A DNA stretch of 64,000 bases, taken from Chiloscyllium plagiosum (taxonomy: Eukaryota). Below the pieces are notes generated by a model. That model searched no databases and was not told where the DNA came from. It saw only the letters and a list, made by a program, of their open reading frames with translations. The position numbers and the translations under genes were made by a program. The stretch spans positions 83,926,924-83,990,923 of the forward strand of contig NC_057718.1 of NCBI RefSeq assembly GCF_004010195.1. Reading direction: 5' to 3'. This document shows, in pieces, positions 13,015 to 27,222 of the stretch; position 1 is the first letter of the stretch; each line of letters begins with the position of its first letter.

Positions 13015-13460
13015 GATGTTACCAACACTGGAAGATTTGAATTATAAGGACAGGCTCGATAGACTGGAAGTGTACAAGGCTGAAGGGTGACCTTAGCAAG
13101 GTTTATAAAATCATGAGGGACATAGATCAAGTGAATAGCCAAGGTCTTTTCCCCAGGACAGTGGAGTCCAAAACTAGATAGCATAGATTTCAGGTGAGAG
13201 GGAAAAGATTTAAGAGGGGCCTGAGGGGCAACTTTTTCATGCAGAGGGTGGTGCGGGTGTGGAATGAGCTGCCAGAGGAAGTGATAGACAAGTGATAGGA
13301 CAATTAGAATATTTAAAAGTCATTTTTACATGTACTTGGATAGCTAAGATTTAGAGGGATATGTGCCAACTTCAGGCAAATGGGGCCAGCTCCATTTCAA
13401 AAGCCTGGTCAGTATGGGCAAGTTGGGCTAAAGGGCCTGTTTCTGTGATGTATGACTGAA
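13015..13460 (+). mobile_element. CR1 LINE 3' fragment
   Basis: MLPTLEDLNYKDRLDRL then GDL..VYKIMR..SQGLFP; tail GGGCCTGTTTCTGTGATGTATGACT. Confidence 0.8.
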
Positions 13461-13549
13461 GAACTAAATTGATTTCCACGTTGTCTTGAATTTTTCTGTT
13501 GTCTTTGGAAATGGAATACAGATGTTGTGACACGTAGGAAATATTTACT

Positions 13550-14360
13550 TTACAAATAGTGAAGGTGGAATTTGCTCACCAACTTGTTGGAATGGGCATT
13601 GTTGCTCATTTGGCAGATGACACACACATAGATGGAGGGACAGGTGGTGTTGAGGAAGTGCCAAGGCTGCAGAAGAACTTGGAGGAGGGGGAGAAAACAT
13701 TGGCAGATGAATTGCAATGTGGCCAAGTATGAGATTATGCACTTTGAAAGAAAGAAGTGGTGAAGACTCTCTTCTAAATGGGGATATGCATCAGAAATCT
13801 GAAGCACAAAGGGACTTAGGGATCCATGTCTCTTAAGGTTTACATGCAGGTTCATTTGGCACTTAAGAAGGGAAATGCAACGTTAGTATTCATTTCTGGA
13901 ATACAAGAGCAGAGATGTACTGCTGAGGCTGTAAAAGGCTTTAGTCAAATCACTTTTGGAATGGTGTGAGCAGGTTTTGGGCCCCGTATCTCCTAAACAA
14001 TATTGGAGGGTGTCCAGAGGAGATTATAAAAATGAAGGACTTGCCATTTGAGAGGCCTGGATAGAGTGGATGCAGAGAAAATGTTCCCAGTAGTAGACGA
14101 GACCACGACCTGAAGGCACAACCTCCGAGTGAAGAGCCAAGCCTTCAGAGCTGAGATGAGGAATTTCCTCAGCCAGCGAGTGGTTAATCTGTGGAATTCA
14201 TGAGGTGTATTTAGGATGGAATTAGGTCCTTGATTGGTAAAGGGACCAAGGGTTGCAGGGAGAAGAGAGGAGAATAGGGTTGAGAAACTTATCAGCCATG
14301 ATTGAATAGCAGGGTATACTCGATATGCCAAGTGGCCTAACTCTATCTTATGGTCTTATG
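13550..14360 (+). mobile_element. CR1 LINE RT/3' fragment, related to the 44501-45700 subfamily
   Basis: Decayed ADDT motif; SRDVLLRL; tail TCTTATGGTCTTATG. Confidence 0.75.
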
Positions 14361-14604
14361 GGATAATTTGCTCATTCGCAAAAGGTTGACCTAGCTGGGC
14401 GATGTCATTCCTGTGTCAAATACAAAATCTACCAGAGTGAAATGATGCGGTGATGAACATGCTTTACATTGGGCCCATCTTGAACGTATTCAGAAGGTAT
14501 CCAATTTTGATATGTCTTAATGTCATTTGTACAGAATCAAAATGTTGATATAGCCTATTTTGGTTCAGATACTCCATCTTAACTCTAATTTACTCCAGTC
14601 AATT

Positions 14605-14820
14605 AAATGTATTCTTGAATCAATCTGTCCACTGGAACAGGTGTGATTTGAAACCAGACTTCCTAGCTCAAAGGTAGGACTATGACCACTGTGCTCAAAA
14701 AACCTCAGGCAATGAAACATTTTTTTTAATCAACCTGTTTGAAGATGGTATTGCCCAGTTCTGGTGCAGGTGGGACTTGAACCTGGGTCTGTGGCTCTGA
14801 AGAAAGACACTACCATTCCA
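14605..14820 (-). repeat. Two tandem units of the short tRNA-derived SINE
   Basis: Same GCAGGTGGGACTTGAACCTGGG...ACTACCA motif as 7861-8457. Confidence 0.65.
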
Positions 14821-16351
14821 GTAATTGTTTACACTTGCTTCTCTGTGAAACCATTCTTTTGAACTCATTGCAGGGTCATTGTCACATAATACCAGTGATT
14901 CTGTTCTGAAGTGACTGGATTAGTCAGTCGACTCCAAGTATACTGGAGGAAACAAAAGCTGAGGTGGTTATGCCCTTAGCTGAAGGTCAGAATGCAAGGC
15001 ATAGGTTTCTTAAATCCAGCAATTGCACAGAAAGATGAATGATTCTGCAAGTGCAAGTAAAGCACTGCACCAAAAGAAAAGTGGCATTGTGGGTTCATTA
15101 TTTTGCCTTCAGCACAGAAAGATAAATGAAGCTGATGAAATAAGTGTGCTTTTATGACTGTTGGCAAGGGCAACATCTGAAAGACACATCCATTAGATGA
15201 GAGCATAAAGGAATATTTTGGACATTAACTAGGCATTAATGACAGTCCTGAATTTGTAACAGCCTTCATACAAGGTTGCATTATTGCTGCTGAGTTTGTC
15301 TGGGAATGGGAGAAATGTTTGTGGAGCAGGATGCAGCAAACAGTTTCTGATACTCGGCATTGATATAGAATGCGACAGTCTTGCAACTGTGGTTATTCAT
15401 CATTTCCCAGATTTTAAGGAATTCCAACCATCGCCACTGCCAACACCTCACCTCTACATCTATTGAGTACTTAAAACTTAAATTTCTCACTACTCATACA
15501 ACAGTTGAAACGTTTGGAACTCTTGTCCTGTTTTGAGATGTGCTCATATTAAGCTGAGGGCTATTAAAATCTGCCTCTAATGAAAAGCCATTAGTCTGAA
15601 GCACTAACTCACCTTCTCTCTCCACAGTGCCTGACTTACTGAGTATTTCCAGCAATTTGATCTGTATTTTGGGTATCCTAGTGGCTAGCCTGGGGAAGAC
15701 TGCCTCCAGTCTTGTGCCCCACATGATCTCTAGGATCAGTCCACCTAGCAATTTCTCTCTTCATGGTGACAAAACAGTCATTACACTTTGAAGGGTAGGG
15801 ATCTTGAACTGATCTGTTCCAAGAGAATGTGTAAAATAATTTAAAATTCTATTGGAAAACTAAAATCTTTTAAGTAAAAAGAGCATTTTTCAAGTTAGAT
15901 TTAGATTCAATAAATACAAACTAATTATGAAAATAAACTCCAAGGGCTACCAGGAGAAGCTGTTAGTAGTTAACTCTGTTCTGGAGAAATGACATTCTGC
16001 ACTCAAAACATTTTCTGCACAAATGCTGCCTGGCCTGCTGAATTTCTCCAGCATTCTGTTTGTTTCAGATTCTCAACATCTGTAGTATTTTGTTTTTAAT
16101 CACAGATTCTCTTGTTTATTGTCATCACTTTTTTTTTCTAAAATAGATGTAAAACTTAGGTAATTCTTTGTGAAGGTTAGTGGACATGAACCAATATATT
16201 CCAAAAAAAACCTCAAGTTATTGTACCTTGAGGATTTTGTTTCTGCTCTTTGAATCTATTCCAGATCTAAACTGATGATACTCTGAATTGAAGAATGAAT
16301 GTTGAAGAATGAATGTTGAAGATCAGTTTGCTTTTTAAGTCCAATATTTGA

Positions 16352-16579
<228 letters not shown>

Positions 16580-18339
16580 TAAAACTGTTTTACCAATATT
16601 TTTATTTACTCTTTCAAAATCATTCCTTTCACTGACAAGAAAGGAAATATGATTGGTTTGGTTCAAGGAAATCTCTTACCTAGTTTGGAAACATCTTAAT
16701 GTCAACTAGCAAATGCAATGTCTGCCCTTAGATTTCTTCTCTCCTTACCATTCAAAACACTAACCACTCCTTCTCAATGAAGCAGTAATTTATGGGCAAT
16801 ACTTTCAATCGTATACTATATTCAAAGCTCAAAATGTATGTCTCCAACACAGATTGGATGACTGTTTTACAGAACATCTCCATTCAGTCCAAAAGCAAAA
16901 CACTGAGCTTCAGGTGGCCAGTTTTTCAAATTTTCTGCCTTGCTGTGATGTTTGCATTGCTATCCTCTGCACTGTCCCTGAGAAGCTTCATGTAAGATTT
17001 AAGAACAGCAACTCGCCTTTCACTTCTATGCTTTATGGCCTTCTGAGCTCTACATTTAAGTTCAGCCATTTCAGACGTTATGTTTACATTTTGCTTTTGA
17101 TGTTTTTCAATCAGCAGTACGCCTGCTAAGGTGCATCTTTTGCTTCTTTGTTTCTTTTTCTTGACCCATCACATCACTTTTGCCCTGTAAGCTATGAACC
17201 ATTGGTTTATTCAATCCTTGTTGACTTTCACCCCATCATAAAACTTGCTTTGCCCTGTGTTTCCCCCTGCTGCTTACTCAAACCTATTATGTCTATAACA
17301 TTTCCCAGTACTATGGAAATGTTAACTCTGTTTTTCTACACAGATGCTGCTCTAATTGTTGAGTACTTCTTGCTGATTTTGTTTTTATATTAATTAACAG
17401 AATCTGTTCTGAACTGCAGATAATGAGACCAGCTGTAATCAATCAGCTGTCTATACACTCTTATTTTTTAACCTGCATCCCCAAAGCAGTCTCAAATCAA
17501 ATGGGCATGTGTTGAAATTAAAATGCAAAGGTGTCCAATTACATACTTTTCAGGACAAATCACAGTTTTATTTTTGGGATAAAAAAAATTGCAAGCTTTT
17601 CTCAAAGCATCAAAGGCCATCACACTAGCTGGAGAAATTTGAGCTCGACTGAAATACCAGGCAAACTTTTACAACCATATTTTTTATTGTAAATAAGGTA
17701 CATAAATGCTTTTCTATTCTAAATGTTCTTAAAAATTTGGATTTTGTTTTGAAATATGCTTTTTTGGACCTCAAAGCAATACTCATTTGCCTCCGAGTCC
17801 CACTTTTAGCACATATAACACAATTAATACACTGCATTTAAATCCCAGTGATTGAAATAAACCGCAATAGTAATGACATAAAAGAAATTGAATAAAAACA
17901 CTATTCATCCAATCTTATCGTCTTTAGTGGCAAAGGCAAATCCCTTTTCATCCTTCCCATCCCAGCTTAATTCACAGACACAGGTGCCCAAACTTGGATC
18001 ATTTGCCTGTTAAAGAAGCATATGGTCAATATTTTATGACCTCAAACTGAAGACACCGAAGAATGCATGACATCGTATCCAGATAAGTATGATCCAGTGA
18101 TTAGCATGCCTCCTTTTTTCCACCTTTTCTTCTCCCCAACATTGGAGAAAGTGCATGTGCGACACATTGACTGAAGTTGTCAATATATTGTCTCGTGTGT
18201 TTGTGAATGACGCAGAATCGATTCAGTCTCTGGTCCATGCAGAGTTAGCTGATCTGAATTAGGCTAGTAGCAACAATTTAGGCTGAAAGCTCCTATTTCT
18301 CTGTCTCAATGCCAAACCTAAAGGTTCAGTGGGTTGATT

Positions 18340-18630
18340 CCGTAGTTGAGCGGGTTGACTTATGAGGAGAGACTGAGTATTTTGGGATTATATTCATTGG
18401 AATTTAGAAGAATGAAGAGGGATCTTAGAGAAACATAAACCTATGAAGGGAATAGATAAGATAGAAGTAGAGACAATGTTTCCACTGGCAGGTGAAACTA
18501 GAATAAGGAGGCATAGCCTCAAAATTAGGGGGATCAGATTTAGGATTTAGATTAGCTATGATCTTATTGAATGGCGGAGCAGGCTTGAGGGGCCAGATGG
18601 CCTACTCCTGCTCCTAGTTATTATGTGTTC
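18340..18630 (+). mobile_element. CR1 LINE 3' fragment with internal deletion
   Basis: LTYEERLSILGLYSLEFRRM, joined directly to the 3' UTR GGCGGAGCAGGCTTGAGGGGCC. Confidence 0.75.
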
Positions 18631-19704
18631 AGTACAGGTTACTGCCTTGAAACGCACTCCAAAACAGGAAGGTATCTTTCTTTCCAATACCACTCTCTTG
18701 TTTCCTACATACTGGGAGATTTCATGAAATGGCAGTGATAACTTAGTTTGACGTCTTCCATGTTCAACCTCATAGTATTTTATTTACATTGAACTAACCC
18801 ATTTAAACTTGAGATTTTAATATTTCGTGTCCCTCGTTAGCTTTAACACTAGCCATGAGAACATTTAATGCAGATGTGTAGATTTTCACCCCACCTTTGG
18901 CCAAAGCTGAAACTATGTAATCATGGAACACTTATGCCCTCTCGGTATCCTAAAACTTGATGTTTTACATTTTTTTTAAGTGTGAGGTTTCAAGTTGTCA
19001 ATGCTTGGTCTGTGTGTCGGTCTTTCCCCATGGCTTTGTAACTTGATTCTATTCATTCCGTGCAATGCTTCCTAGATTTATGTGACTACTGTCTGTACTT
19101 GTAGCAAGTAAATGTTGTGACTGCTGGAGACTCATCTTAAGATTTTATTGTATCAGTTGCTATTGTGTGTCAGGCTAAGGATGATATATCAACATGGAGT
19201 CAGCTATAGAGTTTAAAATCAAGCTCATCTATTGTCCTTGGGTTTTATTCATCTTCTGATACACTAAAAACCCATTTTATGCCAGATTTGTGAAGGGAAA
19301 ATCCCAAGATTAAGACAAATGGAACACCTGTAATGTCAGTATCGGACCTGAATCTGGCCTCAAATAAACCTGTAATGTTAAATTGAAGGCAACTTGTCAT
19401 TTGGAAAATTCTTTAAAGTTATCCTGAGGTAAACCTGATAGATCAATCATGCTAATCGTTCTCTAGTTGGTCCTGAAAAAAGAACTGATGCTGTTTATGC
19501 GTGGAAACCTTTCGTGTAATCTAGGGAGAGCTGCAGGAGTGCAATTATGTCAACTTGGCTCAACTTCTTTTAATTGGAAATTCAGCAATGTGTTTACTTT
19601 TTCTGTGTGTCAGTGCCTGAAAAATTCAAACCTTTCTGCTGTGCATTGTCAATTTTCTCCAGTTGAGCAGTATAGAAAATGAAAACAACAACCATGTTTT
19701 CTAG

Positions 19705-19905
19705 GTACTAATGGATATGTTTCATCAAGATGAGGAAGATCTAGGTGTGATTGAAGAGGAACCCATTGCAACTGGCGAGCAAACTTATTATGATTTAGTG
19801 AAGATGTACATGTCTGAGATTCGGCAGTATCTAAGGGAATTGAATCTCATCATCAAAGTCTTCAGAGAACCTTTTGTGTCAGATGTTAAGCTGTTTTCTG
19901 CAAAT
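19705..19905 (+). CDS. SOS1: SOS1 coding exon 5, histone-DH linker and start of DH domain
   Basis: ttttctag|GTA...AAT|gtaagt; 201 nt; [33 protein letters not shown]...KLFSAN. Confidence 0.95.
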
Positions 19906-20887
19906 GTAAGTTGAAACTTAATGAATACCTTTTTTCAAATGTGCACATTTTCATAAATTGACTTGCTTTTATAATTCAAATCTCAGCTTTTTCGTACCCT
20001 TAGCTGAATTACATTGGCTAAAATGTTGTGCAATCTGTTTCAAAGTTTTTTGTTTATGCCTTATTATAGCCACATGTTGAAGTGTACATGCTCTGTTCCT
20101 CTCCTTTGTGTACCCTTATAATTGTGTGAGTTAGATCTGGAACTAATTTTGCCACTGGCAAGTAAGACAATAGTTCGCCATGTAAGGTTTTGTTAAAAAT
20201 TGCCTGTGTGAAATATGTTGTTGTTGTTTGATAACTGGACAAGAAAAAAGCCTGTTTATTTTTTAACGTTCTATTTTCCCAAGCGTCTCACCTTAAGAAG
20301 TAGGGTTATAGTCTTAATTTTAGATGTTTTAAATCTTTTCTATTAAAGTAGAGAAAATATGCTTTTTTATTCAGTAATATTATATTTGTATTTTGGAATG
20401 TGAAAAGCTGCATTTGCAGTATTTAGCACTAGATGGCAACATGTTTCCAAATGTGATTTTTAATCCTGAAAATATTAAGATGATTTCCATTTTATTGAGA
20501 TGCTATAGCAGAGCATCTAAAAATCTATTTCATTGAGTTGTAATACAAATATTTCAACATGGAACAGGTTAAATACATTCTGCTGATCTAAGATTATACC
20601 TTTAGCGTTATATGTTGTCCACAAGATCTTTCCTTACAGAAGTGTCTCTTGTAGGATGGCATTACTAAATTTTTCACTATTTAGAAGTAGGTTGATTCTG
20701 TGAAATAGCGAGTTATTTCCACTGGAAAAATTATTCTTAATAATGATAAACCTTGTCAACATGCAAGTTGTTCATCGCCTTTGGTCAGATGCTGTTGCTC
20801 TTTGGTGCTTAAATCCTTTGATAATAAACATAACCATTGCCTGTCCTTCTGGTTTGCACTTTTTTTGGTGATCTTGAGAAACTTTAG

Positions 20888-21178
<291 letters not shown>

Positions 21179-22799
21179 TAAGTTAAAAATTTGATTTTTA
21201 ACTTCACATCAAAATGGAAGGAAATACATCTTAATTGGACTGTGGTTGTGTTGTATCATTTTGGAGTTGGCTTAGAAATTCCCATCAAATGGCCTCATCA
21301 TGTTCCTTTATATTTTGTGATACAAGGATACTTTTAACTCCTAAAATGGCAAACCACTTGTATTGCGGTTTTTCTGATTTGCCTAATATCAGCATTACAC
21401 TTACTTAAGATAGGTTTTGTGAAGTGTTGCCTCTAGATCAGACCTGGAAATATATATTTTGCATTCTTCAGTTCATTGGAAGGTGGATTGAGCACAAGTG
21501 AATTTCAAAACTGATTAATTTTCCGGTGTATACAGTCATACAGCACAGGACAAGGCTATTTGGTCCATCATGCTTGTGATAGCCAATTGAATAGAATTAG
21601 TTTATTATTTTAATTCAGCTGGTCTTTCACAGCACCTCTGAAAATATTTACAAAGCTCATCATAACTACTGATCCTTTCCCTTCTCTGGTTCCTGTCTGA
21701 GGCTGATCCAGACAGTTTGCTCTCTTGCCATCCCGTTGATCCTGAGATGGGCTTCTGACAAGGTTCTCCATTGTCATGACTGCCAGTTTTCACCGCTGTA
21801 GCATCACTTATCTCCGACTCTGTCTCAGCCTATCATATTTTGAAATTTTGTGCTGTCTGCCATCTTTGAAACTGTACCTAGGTCTAGGACGTAAATAAAT
21901 GTTTCCAATGTCCTAATACCAACAGCCAGTGTCTCTTCCCTTTACATTTGCAAAACATTTTTCATCACTACTTTATTTTCTATCCCATAGTCACTTTTGT
22001 ATCATGCAGCCACTGCCCACTGACTTAGAGTTGCTGGGCTTATTGCTCTTCACTTTTTGAACAGGAATGTAGCATTTGTAGTCCCGTTGCACCACATCCT
22101 TACTCCTTCTAATTTAGGTGCCTTGAGTAAGTAGCTCCACTATTGGGGGCTATGCTGGAAGCTATCTTGTCCTTAAACTATGGAATTTGCTCTCTAAACC
22201 GTACTAGCTTTCAACAATTGCTTCTGTCCTCAAAGTCATTTAGTAAAGCCACCCACTTTGACAAAATGTTCAGCCACCTACCCTAATATGACATTAAATG
22301 GCTTGGTGTCAAATTATGCTTCCTATCACTCTTGTAAAACTCTTTGGAACATCATTATTTTAAGGGTGTGTATTAGTATAAGTTATTGTTGTTTTAATGC
22401 AGATTCACCAGTTATAAATACCAGTGACAACATAGTATTAAAGGATAACAGTCTCTCATCTTCAATAATTAAATAGATTATGACACTTAGGACAAGGAAA
22501 TATCTGTGCTTCCAGTCTTTAGTGGTTGTGAAGTTTTTAGAGCTTTCCATTCACTTTGGAAGTTCAGATCAGTGTTACTGCTAAGCTCTGAAGGTGTGCG
22601 GTCAGGTGTGACAAACAGGCAACTGCTGGACAAGAAACAAATAGGCCATCTAATAGAGTAGTTCTTTTAAAATGATGTGCACCACACATCATTCTTGAAA
22701 GAGACTGAGTAATGCAACAAGCAGGCCATGCACCATAAATAGAAATTAAAGGTACCTTTGCCTCAGACCCCTGACTAACAAGGAATACTTGCTTCTAGA

Positions 22800-23160
22800 T
22801 GACATAAGAACAGAAGCAAAAGGAGCAGGAATAAGCCACTTGGCCCCTCAAGCCTGCTCCACCATTCAGTAAGATTATGGTTGATCTTTTTCATGGATTC
22901 AGCTCCACGTTTGAGTCCACTCATTATCATCCTTAATTCCTTGACCGTTGAATAATCCATCTATCTTTGCCTTAAAAAAATCTCATGAAATGGTCTCAAC
23001 TGCTTCACTGGACAGGGAATTCCACGGATTCACAGACCTACACAGTCTGACCTCAGAAGCCACATTCCTCAATTCTGGAATCATCCGAGTGAATCTTCTC
23101 TGTACGACCTCCAGTGCCAGTATATCCTTCCTCAAGTAAGGAGATGAAAACTGTATGCAC
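22800..23160 (-). mobile_element. CR1 LINE 3' fragment
   Basis: Tail ACATAAGAAC..GGAGCAGGAATAAGCCACTTGGCCCCTCAAGCCTGCTCCACCATTCA. Confidence 0.7.
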
Positions 23161-24032
23161 CATTTTATTAAGCCACGAAATGCTCATAAATTGCAACTCA
23201 GCCACAGATGAAGCAGATATATGTCAGAATTTTATTCAATCTTAAAATCTCTCTGAAGGAAGGTAGATTTATAAGCTGTGTGAGCATTTCTGATATTCTT
23301 AGTTTGCCCTCAGAAATGGACGGATCCAGAAATGATGAGGAACATGTTTTTGTTTCAAAAGGATTATTAATTTGTAGGTTTAGTATCTCCTTGAATTTAT
23401 TTGTTTGTTTTTTGTTCAAACATTGGCTGTCAGATAAAAATGGGGAGCGTAATGTGTGCAGTATATAGAGTATTATGTGACCAGTAGCACGTAGAATAGT
23501 AAGAAGTAACAGCATAGAAGGCCTGGTCGGCTATTCAGGAAGATCACAACTGTCTAAAGTATGGCCTTAATTTCACTTTCCTGTAGATCTCCCAAACCTT
23601 CAACCCCCTTGCAGATCAAAAATCAAGTTGAACTCAACTTGTGAATTTATTCAATAATCCAATCTCCACTGCTTTAAGTAGAAAAGATTAACAAACCCAG
23701 AGAGAAAAAAAATTCTTCTTCTTTTCAGTCTTGAATGGAAACTCCAGTTTGAGAAAACTGAGGACTCTAGTCCACGCCAGTTGGGGGGAAACCAAGGGAA
23801 GCAACATTCCCACTGAGGAACAAGAAGGAAGGGCAGCAACAACAGAGGACAACCTAAACATCCTGCTTACATGACTGTTCCACTGCCACTTTGATGGGAC
23901 AGCCCTTTCATTAGTGACCAGGTTTACTATCTCAGCCCGCAGTCACGTATCAATTTGTGAATACTGTGAGTATTCAAGAATAAACTCAAGGGCTGGGGTT
24001 AGTATTGAGAATTGGACTGGTAAACTCTACAC

Positions 24033-24320
24033 AGTTGCCTGAAGTGAGTGGATATTGCATTCATTGCGACTGCCATGAAAATACTTGCAATGTCTTTTAA
24101 CTGCCTGACAGCTGGAAATTTGGAAAAGTAGTTAGTGACTAACAGAAAATTGGTGTGTATATGGTGCATAAATCTGAAAGATTTTGCATCATGAGATTGA
24201 CATAATCATATGAAAGTGTAGAGTTCTTTTAGGGAAAAAAAAACAGAAATTGGTGGAAAAACTTAGCAGGCCTGGTGGCATCTATGGAGAGAAAGCAGAG
24301 TATCTTTGCCCATTGTCAGT
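24033..24320 (-). mobile_element. Isolated Gypsy integrase fragment, paralogous to 28063-28347
   Basis: Shared blocks TGCCTGACAGCTGGAAATTTGGAAAAGTAGTT and TTGGTGGAAAAACTTAGCAGG. Confidence 0.7.
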
Positions 24321-25659
24321 TTAAATTAGTCATCTCACGATAAGCATGAATGGTGTTAGGGTCACAAAATTATGTGTTTCCTTCTTCGGCTACTCCACCG
24401 AAGTCAAAATAAGCTTACTGTTTCTCCAGGAATGTGGACTATCACACTTCAGTACTTAGGGACAATGGTGATGGTAGCCCTTTGGCCCACCAATCTGGTG
24501 GGGACGAAATGATTGCTGTTGTTCTGACCCAGGTATCCCGCTATAAGGAGGCAATTTTACTGCCATCAGAGTTAAGGTGGTAGTGGAATGGCTGCCTGCT
24601 TTTCAGGTTTATTAGCTCTTTTTGGCTTTATTGGCTAACTTATAAAACGTAATAGTTTAATACAACTAAAAGTACTTATTTACAGAGTACATTATACATC
24701 CTTGGATGCTTAACTCTCCGATTCAACTGCTGGGCAAGTTCCACACTCATCCAAATTCCCCATTCAGTCCCTGATTGAACTAATGGGTCACATGACTCCT
24801 CCCTCAGAGATCATCTTTAATGGGGTCAACTACTACAAGGTTGATCACCATGTCTGTCCTCATTCTAAGCAACAATTGACTGTCTTATACCAGCTCTCTG
24901 CTACTGCTGGCACCCAAGCTTGTCAGTTTAGGTTGGGAACTCAACTGTGGCATCAATCTGGCAATGCCCACAGCAAAACCAAAGCTATTTTGATTTGATT
25001 CTAATAAATAAGTGTGATATATTCAACAACCGTACAGACCGATGGCTACAAAAATATGTAGTCAAGACCATATGAGCCCATCTGTTTCAGGGTAGGCATT
25101 TTGTTTATGTCCAGAGCACTCAGTCAGATTCAGCATCAAGCCAGTATTTATCTCTGGCCACTCTGTCCTACTGTTTGACTGTCAGGAAGACCAGAAAATT
25201 GGCAGAAGAACATGGAAATTGAATGTGCAAGTGTTGATGTCAGAAAATATTGGGGAACTGAAACTTGAATACAAATGGTGGAGAACTGTGCAACAAACAG
25301 ATGAAGGTGAATACCAGAAAATAACCCTCAACGGTGTTCTAAAGGCAAGAGAGAGAGACACCACACCAAAGGAAATGTCTCAACTCCGGAAACTGAATCA
25401 AAATTTGCTTTTGTAGTGGCTATTGGTCTAAGTTGGAAATGACCACCAATAGGGATAAGACAACAAGTCTCGCTTTTTGACTTCGAAACCTCCCCATTCA
25501 CCTCGAGGTCGTGAGGTGACTTTATTGAACCAGATAAGTGCTTGTAACTCCTCTTCCAAAAGATATACATCTGTCTGATCAGCAGCTTGAAGGCAGTAGG
25601 TGGATTGATCTTGTTATTGACAGCCTGACATAATGGCTGGATCTTATGGGGTTATAAAG

Positions 25660-26275
25660 TTTAAAAAATCACACAACACCAAGTTATAGTCCAACAGATT
25701 TACTTGGAAGCACTAGCTTTCAAAGCGCTGCTCCTTCATCAGATGATTATGGAAAATAAGATTGTAAGGCGCAGAAGTTATAGCAAAAGTTTACAGTGTA
25801 TTGTAACTGAAATTATATATTAAAAAAGACCCGGCGTGTTTAAGTCTCTCATCTTTTAGAATGATCATGTTGGTTTCAGTTCTTTCATATGTAAATTGCA
25901 AAACCTTTTTGAAAAGTTACATTCTCGAGTGCACTTTAACAATTGGTGTCATGTCAGCCCAGATAAGGTATTGAAGGTTTAACTCTCTGAGGCTGTCTGT
26001 GCCACAATGGTCAGACTGATTCTAATCTAAAAAACTGATTTACAGAATCTTACATGGATACATGCAATTTTTGAGCAAAGTAAAATGTAATTCTGCAAGT
26101 ATAAATTCACCCACAAACTTATATGTGTATGTGTGCATGTGGATTTGTGTGTGTGTGTGGGGGAGGGGTGTTATGAGTGTATGTGAGAGAGGGTGTTTTT
26201 TGTGAGAGTGCGATTCTAAAGGGGTTTAAGTCTATGTGTGAGGGTATGAGAGAGGGTCTGATGTGTGTGTATGTA
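25660..26275 (-). mobile_element. Longer family A Penelope-like pseudo-LTR fragment with hammerhead motif
   Basis: Begins AAAAATCACACAACACCAAGTTATAGTCCAACAG as at 10770; minus-strand CAU-CUGAUGA-A-GGAGC(AGC)GCUUU-GAAA-GCUA^GUG at 25711-25745; continues into unique then TG-rich sequence. Confidence 0.7.
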
Positions 26276-27222
26276 GGAAAAACAAGTTTTAAAAAAAAAA
26301 TTAGTTCAGAAACTTTTGGTTTCAGTTTCAAGGAGATGTGACTGAAGTCAGAGGCAAGTATTGCCTCCCTTTCTTAGAGAGGGATATTGTTTAGAAAGGT
26401 TAAGGGAATAAATTAACTGTCAGTGAATGAGTTTACTTTGTGAAACTGTCTGACCAAAAGTGTTTCTTAGAACTCTGCAGGTTATTAAAAAAAATCAAGG
26501 AAGTATAAGCCCTCACTTCTGTGAGGATTGAAGTAATAAGTCTTCCCAGCTCACCAGACCAGAACTGGAAAAATATCAATTAAGCCAAACTTACAGATTG
26601 GATAGACAAGGAAACTTTTTTTGGATTCTAGACAGCTGTGAAGTGATGGTGAAGTATATGGGATTTTGTTTTGTATGTTTTGAAGTATTTCAAACTGTTC
26701 TGTCAATAACTTGTTGCTTTATTTTAATTTTTATTTCTTTTGTGTAATAAACTTCAATTACTGTTAAACCCAAATATTTGTGACCTTTTTTGTTTCTATT
26801 TCATGGAAGACCATCACATTTTTTTTTAAAGTTCAAAATATGCTCTATCAAGTCAGATTTGCCAGGCGGCACGGTGGCTCAGTGGTTAGTATTGCTGCCT
26901 CAGTGCCAGGGACCTTAGTTCGATTCCACTGTATGGATTTTGCACATTCTCCCCTTGTCTGTGTGGCTTTCCTCTGGGTGCTCCAGTTTTCTCCCACAGA
27001 CTAAATTGTCCTTCGTGTCCAAGGGTGTGTGGGTTAGTTGAGTTAGCCATGGGAAATGCAAGGTTACGGGGATAGGGGAGGGAAGTCAGCCTGGGTGGGA
27101 TGCTTTTCGGAGGGTTGGTGTGGACCTTTGGGGCAAATGGCCTGCTTCCATACTGGAGAGATTCTCTGATTTCACTCTGGGATCTGATTTGTCCAGTAGT
27201 AACATCAGCTTGGATCATAACA
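26272..27222 (+). mobile_element. Possible solo LTR interrupted by an HE1 SINE
   Basis: TGTAGG...GATCATAACA termini and AATAAA at ~26746; no matching TSD seen. Confidence 0.3.
26865..27170 (+). mobile_element. HE1-type SINE
   Basis: GGCGGCACGGTGGCTCAGTGGTTAG head; central domain; tail GGCCTGCTTCCATACTG. Confidence 0.85.

Noticed and set aside
16288..16322. 14-bp tandem repeat (TTGAAGAATGAATG x2.5) upstream of exon 4, and a ~33-bp imperfect duplication near 4747-4810
   Set aside because: Ordinary slippage-type duplications with no sign of function.
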